Shown here: piece after piece, positions 19,270-29,033 of the stretch | How the letters are laid out: the number at the start of each line of letters is the position of its first letter | How positions within the stretch are numbered: position 1 is the first letter of the stretch | Origin: a virus | Taxonomy: Duplodnaviria > Caudoviricetes | Strand: one strand, 5' to 3' | Virus record (IMG/VR): IMGVR_UViG_3300014501_000018 | Coordinates: 1 to 62,596 of that record | DNA: 62,596 nt | The notes under the pieces: model-generated | What the model was told of the DNA's origin: nothing | The model's input: the letters and a program-made list of their open reading frames with translations, nothing else | Database searches by the model: none | Made by a program: the position numbers and the translations under genes

Positions 19270-20817
19270 CTAGTACGAAAATGCGTCGCACGCGCTGTTA
19301 GCAACGCTGGTTGTTCCGGATACCCCGCCGTTTCCAAGCGCGATATCAATCCATATTGGAGTTCCTGGGGTTAGGCCGATTACGTTTCCAGTTACGGTGA
19401 CGGCGCCAAACCCTCCGGAAATTGCTATATCTGTACTTTGATTCGTGCCTATGAGCGTTCCTGTAGTAGCGGCTCCATTGCTTGGCGCCGTCCCTGTTCC
19501 ATAATGTATACCGTATTGGGCACGTCCTACAGTTCCAGAAATTTGCAGAGTTAAATTGAACCCAATATGAACTCTCGCTGTGTTTGGTGTTATTGCGCAA
19601 ACGGCACCAAGCCCCATCATTAAAGCGGTAGATGATGACACGCCGCCGCTACCGGCACCTGGTGTAACTTGAATAGTTGATCCTGCAACACCACACCCCG
19701 CGCCGGCATCGACCGTGTTTCCAGTGCTGTCGAACTTCGTGCAGTCGCCAGAAACTGGCGAACCTGTCGATAATTGCAGTTTGGTTCCAGTTCCTTGCGC
19801 GCTGGCGGCCCCTCCGACAATAGAAACAGTTGCCGGAAACTGATAGATGCTCGCAAACGGCACGCCGGAATCTACAACCTTGTTGGATGTCACGCCAATT
19901 AAGTTGCCGGAAGTAATGCCACTTGTCGGCGTCGTTCCTGCGGTCAAGGTCGTGACCCCGCAGGCCATCCACGATGGCACCCCAGTTCCATTGGTTTCAA
20001 GACAACTATTGATTACCGAGGATAATCCAACAACGGTTGCCCCGGTCGATGAGTAGTAAGCAAGTTGGTTTGCGGTCCCACTCGTAACTGTGCCGCCCCC
20101 GCCGCTTGTCGTGCAGGGGCCGCCAGCGTCGACATGATTGCCAGCCGAGTCGACGCTAATGCAATGGCCGTTGGTGTAAGAGCCGTTGCCGGTTACAAAA
20201 TCGGTTGTGTTACCCGATCGGGTTCCCTGCCCGATAAGGCTTGTGCCATTGCCGACGAGAGGCAAATTAGCTGTGTAGCTGGATGGGAACGGAACGCCGT
20301 TGACCTTGCCGACAGTGGTAACGCCACCGTTCGTGATCGTCATGTCGCCAGTGATAGTCTCGGCACTCGGCCCAGCGGATGTTTGGCCTATAAGAATTTG
20401 ACCGTTGCCCAGCAGGACGCCAGCTAAGCTACCGGCTAAATTATACTGGACAGAATAAAGTGGTGCAGAAACGACAGCAATGCTTTGCGGCGAGCCGTTG
20501 ACGGCAAAATTTAACCCGCCAGTTGCACCGCCGTAATTGAACATCGAAAGAGTACCGCCTCCGGTTTGTGTTGCTCCAATACATATTTCGTTATAGGGGC
20601 CGGTGACTGGACCGCTATTCGCGCAGATGCTTGGGCCGGAAGCCGTTACGCCAATGCTGGTGAGAAAACCTTGAAACGCTGTACCACCGTCTTGAATAAC
20701 ACCGTTGGTCGTCCACATTGGGACGTGGCCGGGCGTTACGTGACCTGTTTGCTGGACCGGCTGAGCAAATATGTTTTGCGTCGTTAAAATTAAAAAAAGT
20801 GCGATCCATCTGATCAT
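19270..20817 (-). CDS. Gly/Thr/Ser-rich fibre-like protein with signal peptide
   Basis: MIRWIALFLILTTQNIFA signal; GTVTSGTANQLAYY fibre-type segment; 10 Cys, mostly in neighbouring pairs. Confidence 0.75.
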   Translation of the reverse strand: MIRWIALFLILTTQNIFAQPVQQTGHVTPGHVPMWTTNGVIQDGGTAFQGFLTSIGVTASGPSICANSGPVTGPYNEICIGATQTGGGTLSMFNYGGATGGLNFAVNGSPQSIAVVSAPLYSVQYNLAGSLAGVLLGNGQILIGQTSAGPSAETITGDMTITNGGVTTVGKVNGVPFPSSYTANLPLVGNGTSLIGQGTRSGNTTDFVTGNGSYTNGHCISVDSAGNHVDAGGPCTTSGGGGTVTSGTANQLAYYSSTGATVVGLSSVINSCLETNGTGVPSWMACGVTTLTAGTTPTSGITSGNLIGVTSNKVVDSGVPFASIYQFPATVSIVGGAASAQGTGTKLQLSTGSPVSGDCTKFDSTGNTVDAGAGCGVAGSTIQVTPGAGSGGVSSSTALMMGLGAVCAITPNTARVHIGFNLTLQISGTVGRAQYGIHYGTGTAPSNGAATTGTLIGTNQSTDIAISGGFGAVTVTGNVIGLTPGTPIWIDIALGNGGVSGTTSVANSACDAFSY

Positions 20818-21317
20818 GACAAGACAATCCCGGTCAGATAGATATCGGCTGTTGCAGCCGCACCCTGCGCGGTTGGCAGAGAAAAATAGATTGCAAGCGC
20901 ATAGGCATTATTCGGGCCGAGTACGAGCGGCAAGTTGGCGGACGAAAAACGCGCTGTGTTGGCGAACGCAGTCAGGGTTGCGTTGAGCAGCAGATTTGCT
21001 CCAATCAGAGTGGTATAGACCTGCGTATTAGCAACGAGCGGCGAGCCGCCTTTGCTTGCTGCGGGGTAAAATCCACTAGCCGCAGTTGTCAGCGATAATG
21101 ACGGATTGGTTATGATGATCCCGGTGAGTTGAAAAATGCCGATATTCGGCGGCAGTAAAATGGGCTGGTCGGTCGTCGTGTTGAAATTTGTCCCGAGCGC
21201 CGACGCTAGTACTTTGTTTGACGCGAGAGCTGGGCCGGCGTCTTGTAGGACACCATCGGTTGTCCAAGAAGCTAGGTGGCCGGGAGTAACAGCGCCGTTT
21301 TGTAGGATGGCACCCAT
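20814..21317 (-). CDS. Putative virion protein without signal peptide or Cys
   Basis: N-terminus homologous to the mature N-terminus of the 515-aa protein. Confidence 0.65.
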   Translation of the reverse strand: MGAILQNGAVTPGHLASWTTDGVLQDAGPALASNKVLASALGTNFNTTTDQPILLPPNIGIFQLTGIIITNPSLSLTTAASGFYPAASKGGSPLVANTQVYTTLIGANLLLNATLTAFANTARFSSANLPLVLGPNNAYALAIYFSLPTAQGAAATADIYLTGIVLS

Positions 21318-21322
21318 CGATG

Positions 21323-21970
21323 TTAATAAACTTCAAACCCGGAGCATCCCCCGGCGCCGATGCTCGATGTGCCGCCATTTGGTGACGCCACAGAAATATC
21401 AAACCAGTAAGCGTTTCCGATGGTGAGTCCAGTAATGAGTCCCTGTGCATCGATATAAAGAAATTGTGAAAGTATCGGAGTAACACTTTGCGTAGTGCCA
21501 AACGTAGTTTGTGCGGTAGCGGAAGCGCCGTTACTCGGGGCCGTCCCGGTGCCATACCTTCCGATGACTTGGACGTTTACCGCCCCCACACTATTAGTAA
21601 TGGTCTGCGGAAAATCAACATGAACACGAGTACTGTTTACGGGAGTCATCGTGCATCCAAGCAGGCCATACCCCATCGCTACGAACGTGCTGGAGGATGT
21701 TCCAGTTGGCGCTTGAAAATTGACGCTCATTGTCGCGCCGTTAAGTTGTATGCAACCTTTCTGGGTTGGGCTTGCAGTTGTGCACTTCGCCGTCACTGCT
21801 CCGGTGTAAGGACCGCTACCAGTGCCAGTTAGCGTAAGCGTACTGTCGGCGTTATTGAGTGACGATACGTTGGCACCGCCACTCGCGCCGCCTGGATTGA
21901 TAATGCCGTCCGCGAGTGCGGGTGAAGCAAGCAGTAAGAATGTTGCTATAAAGCTATTGATAATCGACAT
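21323..21970 (-). CDS. Short fibre-like protein with signal peptide
   Basis: MSIINSFIATFLLLASPALA signal; C-terminal domain paralogous to that of 19270-20817. Confidence 0.72.
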   Translation of the reverse strand: MSIINSFIATFLLLASPALADGIINPGGASGGANVSSLNNADSTLTLTGTGSGPYTGAVTAKCTTASPTQKGCIQLNGATMSVNFQAPTGTSSSTFVAMGYGLLGCTMTPVNSTRVHVDFPQTITNSVGAVNVQVIGRYGTGTAPSNGASATAQTTFGTTQSVTPILSQFLYIDAQGLITGLTIGNAYWFDISVASPNGGTSSIGAGGCSGFEVY

Positions 21971-22358
21971 AAATCGGATCCGAGGATGTTGCGCAGGTTG
22001 CTTGGATTGCTCCACTCGGCACATAAGGAAAATAACGCTGGTAAGAACCGCCGGGAAGCAACAGCATCGCTACTGCCTTGGTTGCCGATCCGCCATCTAC
22101 AGTAATCCAGCAACTATCCGTCGCGTTATTATTCTCAATCGTCAAAGACGCGCGGTTCGAATTAGCGGCTAAAATTTGCTGAAAAGTATTGCCAGTTACA
22201 ATTGTTGTAGAAGCGTTGATCGTTGTCTTGTTGCCAGGACACGGTTGCGTCGTCGAGAACCCGGTGGCGCTATTGTAGCAATCCAGAATGACGTTCGCCG
22301 AAGCCGCGACGGTGCCGGCCCACAATAAGAAAAATGCAACGCATAACCGCCTGATCAT
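21954..22358 (-). CDS. Small secreted beta-rich protein
   Basis: MIRRLCVAFFLLWAGTVAASA signal; 4 Cys in the mature part. Confidence 0.7.
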   Translation of the reverse strand: MIRRLCVAFFLLWAGTVAASANVILDCYNSATGFSTTQPCPGNKTTINASTTIVTGNTFQQILAANSNRASLTIENNNATDSCWITVDGGSATKAVAMLLLPGGSYQRYFPYVPSGAIQATCATSSDPIYVDYQ

Positions 22359-22633
22359 TTACGCCTCACGATAATGTTGACGGCTATGACAAAGCTTGCA
22401 TAGCCGCCCAAGCCAACGAGCTGATAGACCGAAGGGTTGTTGGGAATGATGACGTAGGAAAGCCAGAACACGGACGCGACGGTCAGGAGCGAATAAAATC
22501 CGCTGACCATAACTGCGGTTTTTTGCGAAAAAATCGCGAGCAGAACATCGACGAATTTGCTGGGATCGGACTCGGCCGCCGCAGGCGGATTATTGGGCGC
22601 GTCGTTGTCGATGACTTCGAACTGTGGCGCCAT
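22355..22633 (-). CDS. Two-TM membrane protein
   Basis: GAGGA Shine-Dalgarno; two hydrophobic helices and a basic C-terminus. Confidence 0.65.
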   Translation of the reverse strand: MAPQFEVIDNDAPNNPPAAAESDPSKFVDVLLAIFSQKTAVMVSGFYSLLTVASVFWLSYVIIPNNPSVYQLVGLGGYASFVIAVNIIVRRK

Positions 22634-22841
22634 GCCCATTATCCTCGATCGTGGCTTGGGCATCGGCCATGGTAAAGCCGTCCGAAGGATCCTCCGGTTT
22701 ACCCTTGTCCTTGGCGAGGGTAGCGTAGAGGGTCGTTAATGCCTTTAGTGCGTCTACAGCTTCTGTAAACGGCGTTGCGGCCTCGCCCGCGCGCTTGCGG
22801 ATGTCCTTGGCCAGTTCTTCGAGTTCTTGCTTGAGGGTCAT
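22590..22841 (-). CDS. Hypothetical protein
   Basis: ATGA-coupled to the large ejection-type gene. Confidence 0.6.
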   Translation of the reverse strand: MTLKQELEELAKDIRKRAGEAATPFTEAVDALKALTTLYATLAKDKGKPEDPSDGFTMADAQATIEDNGHGATVRSHRQRRAQ

Positions 22842-25789
22842 TGGGAAGGCGCCTGAAATTCCGCCTGGCCAACGCCGGCACCAATCGCACCGCCGCGTCG
22901 CATCCAATTTTGTACTGCTTGCCGTGTCATCTCGCGTCCTTGTGGATCGCCCTTCAAGCCTTTTTGCACGAAGCGCATCAGCGTCGGGCTATTCACGACC
23001 TTGGTGACAAACGCATAATATTTACCAAGCGCGGCACGTGCAAGCGGCTCGGCAATGGGCACCTTTGGCAGAAACTCGCCGCCCTTACCAAGCACCGAGG
23101 ACCATGGATGTTCCACTTTAGCCATCGCCGACATCGATTGCGCGGTGCCTTGCGCGTTCTTCGATGACAACAGGAAATCCATTTCCTTGGCGAGCGTTTT
23201 CATTTGCTCGCCGGATACGCCGGGGAACATGATGTTCTGCACCTCGGGCGAAACTTTTGCCAATCGCGTCGATGGCTCTAGCGTACCCATCAATATTCTT
23301 TGTGCCCAGACCTGACGCAGCATGTTGAACTCGGGCGACTTCTCACCGAACCGCGCACCGGCTGCCAAGATCAAATACTCGCTATTGAGAATGCGATCAA
23401 CCGCCTGCGCTGCACCAACAGTGGGCTCATAAATAAAGCCGAGCGGATCGGCTTTGCGACCTTGCGCCATCTGGCGCTGGTGATCACCCGTGATTTTTTT
23501 TATTTCTTTGTTCAATGTCGCCAGTGGATCTCGCTCGGCAGCTTCTTTAGCTGCATTGGCGGCGTCGCGCGCCTTGGCGATGATATCGGTCATGGTGTCG
23601 CCGGGGCGCACCGCGATATCGAGCTTGCCGTTGAGCATGGCAATATTTTGCGCCTGCTGTAGCAGTTTCGCCGAAGCCTCACGTCCATGCACGGCTTCAA
23701 GCATTCCGGAACGTGAGCGTGACAACACTTCTCGCGTAAATGCGTTGCCATCGATCACGTCTGGCACCAGCGATTTAGATGCCTCAAGCATCTGTTGCAC
23801 ATCGGCGGCCTTGACGCCGGCCCAAAGATTAGGACCGATCATCTTGGCAACCTTGCTCGTCAGGTCGGTGCGGCCTTCCTTGACCAGCGTGTCAAACAGA
23901 ACTTTTGGATCGGCCGGCAGCCCCGACTCCAAGCCCTTCATGACGGCCTGGATGCGCGCGTCCTGCAACGGGCGGATTTGCTCGCCGTACCATTTATCGG
24001 TAGCGTCGAGCAGTTGCGCCGCTGTCTTTAATTCTGGAACAGCGTGAGCGTTATGCAGCGCGTCATCAACGTTCTTGGCAAAAAACTTGTAGACACCTTC
24101 GCGAATACCGGGAGTCAGGTCATGATAGTCGATGTTAGACCGGAACCAGGTGCGCAGTTCGTGAAGCTGACCGAACGTCGGCTGCACCGGAGGCTTGAGT
24201 ACTTCGCCGGTTTCCTTGTCGACCGTGCCAGCAAGATCACGCAGCTTTTTTACGGCGTCGGGGTATTTTGCCTGAAACGGCTCAGGCAATTGCTGCAAAA
24301 ATTCTTCGGCAACTTTCGGCAGATCACCAATATCGGGCAAGTGCGCACCCGCGGCACGGTCGGCTTGACTGTAATAAAGTTTTGCGCGCTCGCCAATGCC
24401 CTGGCGGATTTTGACGAGCTTGTCGCCAACAGCGCTCCATAGATCGCCGCTGTTATGACCGGCCTTGGCCGTTCGCATCGCTGCGTCGACATCTTTCGAT
24501 ATGTCCTGAAACCCGACATCGATCAGGCTTTGCGCCGCCTTTCGCGATTCGGCGGCGGTGCGCTCGATCGTTGCCTGTCCCGTTGCTTGCCGCACCGTGC
24601 TGATGGCGCTGCCAAGCTGCTTCTCGGCGATGGCATCTTCGAGTTTTTTGTCGGCGATCGTCTGCGCTTCGAGCCGCTTGGCCAGTATTGCCTCACCGGC
24701 TTTCTGGGTCGACGGCGCTGTTGTCGGATCGCTGATCTTGCCCTCGGGCTTTACGCCGACACTTTCAAGGATATCGCCTGCGGTCTTTTCGTAGTGACCG
24801 GTTGCCGACTGCAGCAACGGCTTTTGCATCCGGAACGCCGGATCGAACACCTCGGCGACGTTGGCGAGATGCGGCGACTCCTTGGCCCAGGTGGAGGGCG
24901 GCACCAACACGCCCTGGTCACGCAGTTTTAGAGCAGTATCCAGCGATTCCTCGTCAGCGCCCAGGAACGAAGCTGCTGCTTTTGGCGCACCCTGCTTGAC
25001 CGCGCCCTTGATGGCGGGCGCTATGGCAGCTAAGCCGCGTCCTACCGCCGTACCAGCCCCGCCGAAGGCACCGGATAGGGCCACTTCCTCGGTTTCTTCA
25101 CCCGCTGAGCGGTCATAGACGCCCGCCAGGCCCATAATTACGTCATTAAAACCCTGCCCTGCGGCACCCCCCGCCGCGCCGCCGGCAATGGCCCCGCCAA
25201 GCGTGCCAGGGCCAGGTGCTACGGCCGTTCCAGCCGTCCCACCAGCGATCTCACCGGCAATAGAGCCAATCGTAGGGGCTGCCGCGGCGGCGATACCAGC
25301 CACAGGCGCGTCGCCAAACCCTTTGGGGCGGCGTAGCGTGCCATCGTCGTCGATATAGAGTTTGCCGGCGCGTTCCTTGACCTTGCCGGGGTAGGACCGC
25401 TCCAGCGCCTTGCGGCGCTCCTTGTCGTTGACGGCCATGTCGTAGAGCGTCTGCGCCGTAAAATCGATGCCTTCGTATTTCGGTTTCGAGCGCAGGTTGC
25501 CGTTAGGATCAAGGAATTGGGCACCTTCGGGGATAGCCTCGTACTGCTCATCGCTCTCGACCTTGTACGGCTTGGTTCGCACGTTGCCGGTCGGATCCTT
25601 GAATTTCATCCCCGGCATCAGCGCCTGATAATCATCATCGCCTTTGACAGAAGGAACCGTAACAGGATCGCGCCCACCAAGATTGCCGCGTGCGAGTTTT
25701 GCCGCCGCCTTGGTGTCGGCGTCCTGCGCCATCGCAGGCTCATCGAGCGCACCCGTTTTGTCTTTGATAAGGAGATCGTCGTCGGCCAT
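22838..25789 (-). CDS. Large internal virion/DNA ejection protein (983 aa)
   Basis: Helical and Ala-rich with a Gly-rich hydrophobic segment; last of three ejection-type genes. Confidence 0.7.
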   Translation of the reverse strand: MADDDLLIKDKTGALDEPAMAQDADTKAAAKLARGNLGGRDPVTVPSVKGDDDYQALMPGMKFKDPTGNVRTKPYKVESDEQYEAIPEGAQFLDPNGNLRSKPKYEGIDFTAQTLYDMAVNDKERRKALERSYPGKVKERAGKLYIDDDGTLRRPKGFGDAPVAGIAAAAAPTIGSIAGEIAGGTAGTAVAPGPGTLGGAIAGGAAGGAAGQGFNDVIMGLAGVYDRSAGEETEEVALSGAFGGAGTAVGRGLAAIAPAIKGAVKQGAPKAAASFLGADEESLDTALKLRDQGVLVPPSTWAKESPHLANVAEVFDPAFRMQKPLLQSATGHYEKTAGDILESVGVKPEGKISDPTTAPSTQKAGEAILAKRLEAQTIADKKLEDAIAEKQLGSAISTVRQATGQATIERTAAESRKAAQSLIDVGFQDISKDVDAAMRTAKAGHNSGDLWSAVGDKLVKIRQGIGERAKLYYSQADRAAGAHLPDIGDLPKVAEEFLQQLPEPFQAKYPDAVKKLRDLAGTVDKETGEVLKPPVQPTFGQLHELRTWFRSNIDYHDLTPGIREGVYKFFAKNVDDALHNAHAVPELKTAAQLLDATDKWYGEQIRPLQDARIQAVMKGLESGLPADPKVLFDTLVKEGRTDLTSKVAKMIGPNLWAGVKAADVQQMLEASKSLVPDVIDGNAFTREVLSRSRSGMLEAVHGREASAKLLQQAQNIAMLNGKLDIAVRPGDTMTDIIAKARDAANAAKEAAERDPLATLNKEIKKITGDHQRQMAQGRKADPLGFIYEPTVGAAQAVDRILNSEYLILAAGARFGEKSPEFNMLRQVWAQRILMGTLEPSTRLAKVSPEVQNIMFPGVSGEQMKTLAKEMDFLLSSKNAQGTAQSMSAMAKVEHPWSSVLGKGGEFLPKVPIAEPLARAALGKYYAFVTKVVNSPTLMRFVQKGLKGDPQGREMTRQAVQNWMRRGGAIGAGVGQAEFQAPSQ

Positions 25790-27459
25790 TATTGTCCCAC
25801 GATCGGCGCTTCTTCCCACGCCGGTTTATTGCCGGCCGGGCGCGTTTTGCCCGCCGCAGGAGGGTCAGGCGTCCACTTGCCGGCCAACTGATCCTCCTGG
25901 CTCTTTTGTAGCCGCTGCAGCCGTTCCTTGACTTCGCGCAGCGAGCGCAGCGTGTTGGCCGTGGTGTCACCGAGGCTCAAGCCACCGATAATGTCGTTGA
26001 TGCGATCCGCGTCCGCTGCCAGCGGGCGGCCGGAACGGTCAAACAGCAATCGCTGCGCCGCCGTGCGCAAATACTGAATGTTGCGCATGAACTGTTCGCG
26101 ATCGGTGTTGTTGCCGCCAAAAATATTCTCAACGCGCTCGCCCAGTCTCGTCGCCTTGCCAGCCAAGCCCGCCGAAGCCGCGTGGGTCTCAAGAACCTGC
26201 ACCGCGTCATCGATCGTCTTGTTCGCTTCACCGTACTGCGTCACGTTGCGCTCGACATCGATGCGCTTGCTTGGCGTCATGGTCGGTTGCGCCGCATCGG
26301 CAACCTCGCGCGAGGCACGATCATACTCGGCATCAATCTCTTCGTTAGTCGCATTCGGGTTCTGCGCCTTGAACTCAGCAATCCGACGCGCGATCTCTTT
26401 CTGCTTGGTTGGTGCGCCACCCACGCTGCCTGCTCGCCCAGCAGGATGGCTGATCAAGAAATTCGCCTGATCCTCGGCAGTTGCGCCGGGATGCTCTAAT
26501 CGGAATTGTCGTAGCAAATCTTCCTGCAAATTCTTGTTGCCCTCGCCGATCCCCTGGAGAATGTCTAAACGTGCTCGCGCCTTTTCCTGCGGCTTGGCGT
26601 CGGGGTGCTCTTTATCCCAGGCGTTCGATTCGGCGCTGAATATGGTGCGCCGGATATCGAAGTCCTCCCAGTCCTTTTGAGCTTTCATCACGCCTTGCGC
26701 CGCATTGACCTGCGCCGCCTGCATCTCGATCACCTTGTCGTCCATCCCGGCATCGAGCAGCGCGATTACTTTCTTGTTATCAAACTGCGCCGCGATGGCC
26801 ATCTGCTTGACCTTCCACGACGCTAGGTCGGTGCTCATGATCTTGCCAGCGTCGTCGAACATCTCGCGTTCCATGCCGAAACGCTTCAACGCCAGATTGG
26901 TGTTCTCTTTCCAGGCGTCATAGGCCGACTGGTACGCCTTATCATCGTGCGCGTGAATCGCCATCATCGCTGCCGCCGAGGCGTTCAAAGCGGAAGTCAG
27001 CGGCGTCTTGGTAAAAGCCGAAGCAAGAAGCCCGAAGATCGAGCCAATGGACGCAAAGCTCTCGATCGGGCCAGTCTCTCGCTCTTTTCGTTCCTGATCG
27101 GCGTTCCACATCGGCGGGATGGAGTTGGCGGACTGGCTTTCGGCCGAGAACGCTTTCTCCATCTGCTCGCGGTCGCGCGCCATGCGGCCATTGATCTCGC
27201 CGAACTGCTTTTGCTCGGCGGCGCCGCGCTCGCGCTCGATACCGGCGAGGCTGTCTGTCAAGCCTTTGGTCGCGGCCGGATCGAAGCGCTTGAGGAAATC
27301 GGTGGTGTAGGGCGAGTCGTCCTTGGTTTGCCCGCTGCCCGAAGCGGGCTCGGCATTATAGATATCGCTCGATTGCCCGCGCGGGGGCGGCAGCACGAGT
27401 TTCTTGCCCGAGGGGGTTGTTGCGGTATCGTCCTGATCGTCGGTAATCGGTTCAGGCAT
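25789..27459 (-). CDS. Internal virion/DNA ejection protein
   Basis: Helical 556 aa; position in the podovirus-like gene order. Confidence 0.65.
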   Translation of the reverse strand: MPEPITDDQDDTATTPSGKKLVLPPPRGQSSDIYNAEPASGSGQTKDDSPYTTDFLKRFDPAATKGLTDSLAGIERERGAAEQKQFGEINGRMARDREQMEKAFSAESQSANSIPPMWNADQERKERETGPIESFASIGSIFGLLASAFTKTPLTSALNASAAAMMAIHAHDDKAYQSAYDAWKENTNLALKRFGMEREMFDDAGKIMSTDLASWKVKQMAIAAQFDNKKVIALLDAGMDDKVIEMQAAQVNAAQGVMKAQKDWEDFDIRRTIFSAESNAWDKEHPDAKPQEKARARLDILQGIGEGNKNLQEDLLRQFRLEHPGATAEDQANFLISHPAGRAGSVGGAPTKQKEIARRIAEFKAQNPNATNEEIDAEYDRASREVADAAQPTMTPSKRIDVERNVTQYGEANKTIDDAVQVLETHAASAGLAGKATRLGERVENIFGGNNTDREQFMRNIQYLRTAAQRLLFDRSGRPLAADADRINDIIGGLSLGDTTANTLRSLREVKERLQRLQKSQEDQLAGKWTPDPPAAGKTRPAGNKPAWEEAPIVGQ

Positions 27460-28575
27460 TTAGGCCGCCGCTGCCAACGTCGTACCTGCGCCGCCAATCG
27501 AGATTTTCGTACCGCCACCCAACGCCGCCGCCATGCTGGCGATCGACTGCATGAGCTGATTATTGTTGGCAGTATCCATATTGATCAGCGCTTGATAAAT
27601 CTGTTCGGAAAGGCCGGTCGAGTTGAGCCCAGCGCTGATCAATTGCGTGCCGGTCGTTGCCAATTGCTGTTCAAGCTGGCCGGCAAGAGCGAGACCGTTC
27701 ATATCGGCTCCGCTCAGTTCTTGCGCCAACGCACTGTTTTGCGTCGGATTGGTGTTCTCGCCATTGGCGGCGTGGTTCTGAATAATGCGCGCCTTGGCGG
27801 CCTGCACCGCCTCGGTGACTTGGGCTTGTTGCCCAGGAGGGAGCGTGCCATTAGTCAGGTACTGCGTCAGTTGTTCGCCGGAAGCCGTCAGCGCCGCGCC
27901 TTGTGCCTGGAGGCCAGGGGCCTCGGCGGCGAGTTGCTTGGCGTTTGGATCGGTTTGGTTGCCGCGCAGCACGTCGAGACCCAGACCTGCACCAGCCGCG
28001 AGAATGCCAAGCGGGTTTTTGGTGAGTGAGCTAACCGCACCAGTTTCGAGTTGGCTGAGAAAACTGGGTGCACTGGTCGCCGCACCAACGTCATTGGTGA
28101 TGTCGCCAGCCGCGACGGCGCTGTCAGCGAAGCCGGGAACGCTTAAAGTGCCAACTTGAGCCGCGGTATTGGCAGCCGCACCGGCTGTTGCACCAAGAGG
28201 GGCAGCGGTGTTGATCGCGGCGAGGGCGGGATCAGTTGCAAACGCCGATGCGTCGTCAGCCGTCAAGCCCAAGGCGCTAAGATCAAGTCCTCCGGTGACA
28301 GCAGTAGCTGCATCAGCCGTACCCGCAGCCGCGCCGCCAGCCAGCAAATCGAGCGGCGCACCAACAGTCGAGTCTACGGCAGTCGCCGCGCCAAGTCCAC
28401 CCAAACCGCCAGCAAGCCCGAGGCCGCCAAGTGCCAGCCCCGCGCCGCCGATCAATTCGGGAATTGTGTTTTTGCCGCCGATATCTTTCTGCGTATCAGA
28501 AAAAATATTCGACGGACTAAGATCGTTGCCGAGGTTGCCGGTATTGCCTTCAAACAAGTCGGTCAGGAACGACAT
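27460..28575 (-). CDS. Gly/Ala-rich ejection (pilot) protein
   Basis: GGLGLAGGLGG and Q-rich helices; follows the GNAT-like gene. Confidence 0.65.
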   Translation of the reverse strand: MSFLTDLFEGNTGNLGNDLSPSNIFSDTQKDIGGKNTIPELIGGAGLALGGLGLAGGLGGLGAATAVDSTVGAPLDLLAGGAAAGTADAATAVTGGLDLSALGLTADDASAFATDPALAAINTAAPLGATAGAAANTAAQVGTLSVPGFADSAVAAGDITNDVGAATSAPSFLSQLETGAVSSLTKNPLGILAAGAGLGLDVLRGNQTDPNAKQLAAEAPGLQAQGAALTASGEQLTQYLTNGTLPPGQQAQVTEAVQAAKARIIQNHAANGENTNPTQNSALAQELSGADMNGLALAGQLEQQLATTGTQLISAGLNSTGLSEQIYQALINMDTANNNQLMQSIASMAAALGGGTKISIGGAGTTLAAAA

Positions 28576-29033
28576 CAGACCCTCGCGAACTGTTGCTGGC
28601 GCGTAAAAATGCGGCCCAGCTTTTCCTTGATCGTCTCGTGTGGCACATTGGTTAGTTCTTCAACAATGATGATCTCGGCACCGAGATTTTTTGCCCAGCG
28701 CTTGAACTCGTCGTAGAACCCCGCCGCCTCGGCAACATGATCCTTGTTCTCCGGGTCCTCTACCAACACGAAACGCTCGCGCACGATCGGCTTATCCGCG
28801 AGGCCGTTTGCCCGCTGCATCTCCGCGAGCGCAACCGAGTGATCTTGCGTCAAAAACAGATGCTCGTTGGTGTCGACCATGCCGCGAAGCCATCCGCCCA
28901 AGCGTTGCTCCGGCAGTTCGAGCGCCGTGACCAGCCGGGGAATGAGCCAACCACCGTGGCGGGACAGATCGCCCAGCTCAAAACGCCGGATCGCGGGGAT
29001 TTCAATGCCTACGCGCTGGGGTGCCAACATCAT
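28575..29033 (-). CDS. GNAT-like protein preceding the ejection genes
   Basis: IRRFELGD...FKRWAKNLGA pattern; syntenic position typical of podoviruses. Confidence 0.5.
   Translation of the reverse strand: MMLAPQRVGIEIPAIRRFELGDLSRHGGWLIPRLVTALELPEQRLGGWLRGMVDTNEHLFLTQDHSVALAEMQRANGLADKPIVRERFVLVEDPENKDHVAEAAGFYDEFKRWAKNLGAEIIIVEELTNVPHETIKEKLGRIFTRQQQFARV

Noticed and set aside
19270-21970. Diversity-generating retroelement acting on the paralogous tip domains
   Set aside because: No reverse transcriptase in the genome, and the two copies differ at all base types rather than only at adenines.
26947-28029. Long plus-strand ORFs opposite structural and glyco genes (360 aa here; 407 aa at 45948-47171)
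   Set aside because: Antisense shadows typical of GC-rich coding DNA; no motifs or ribosome-binding sites.
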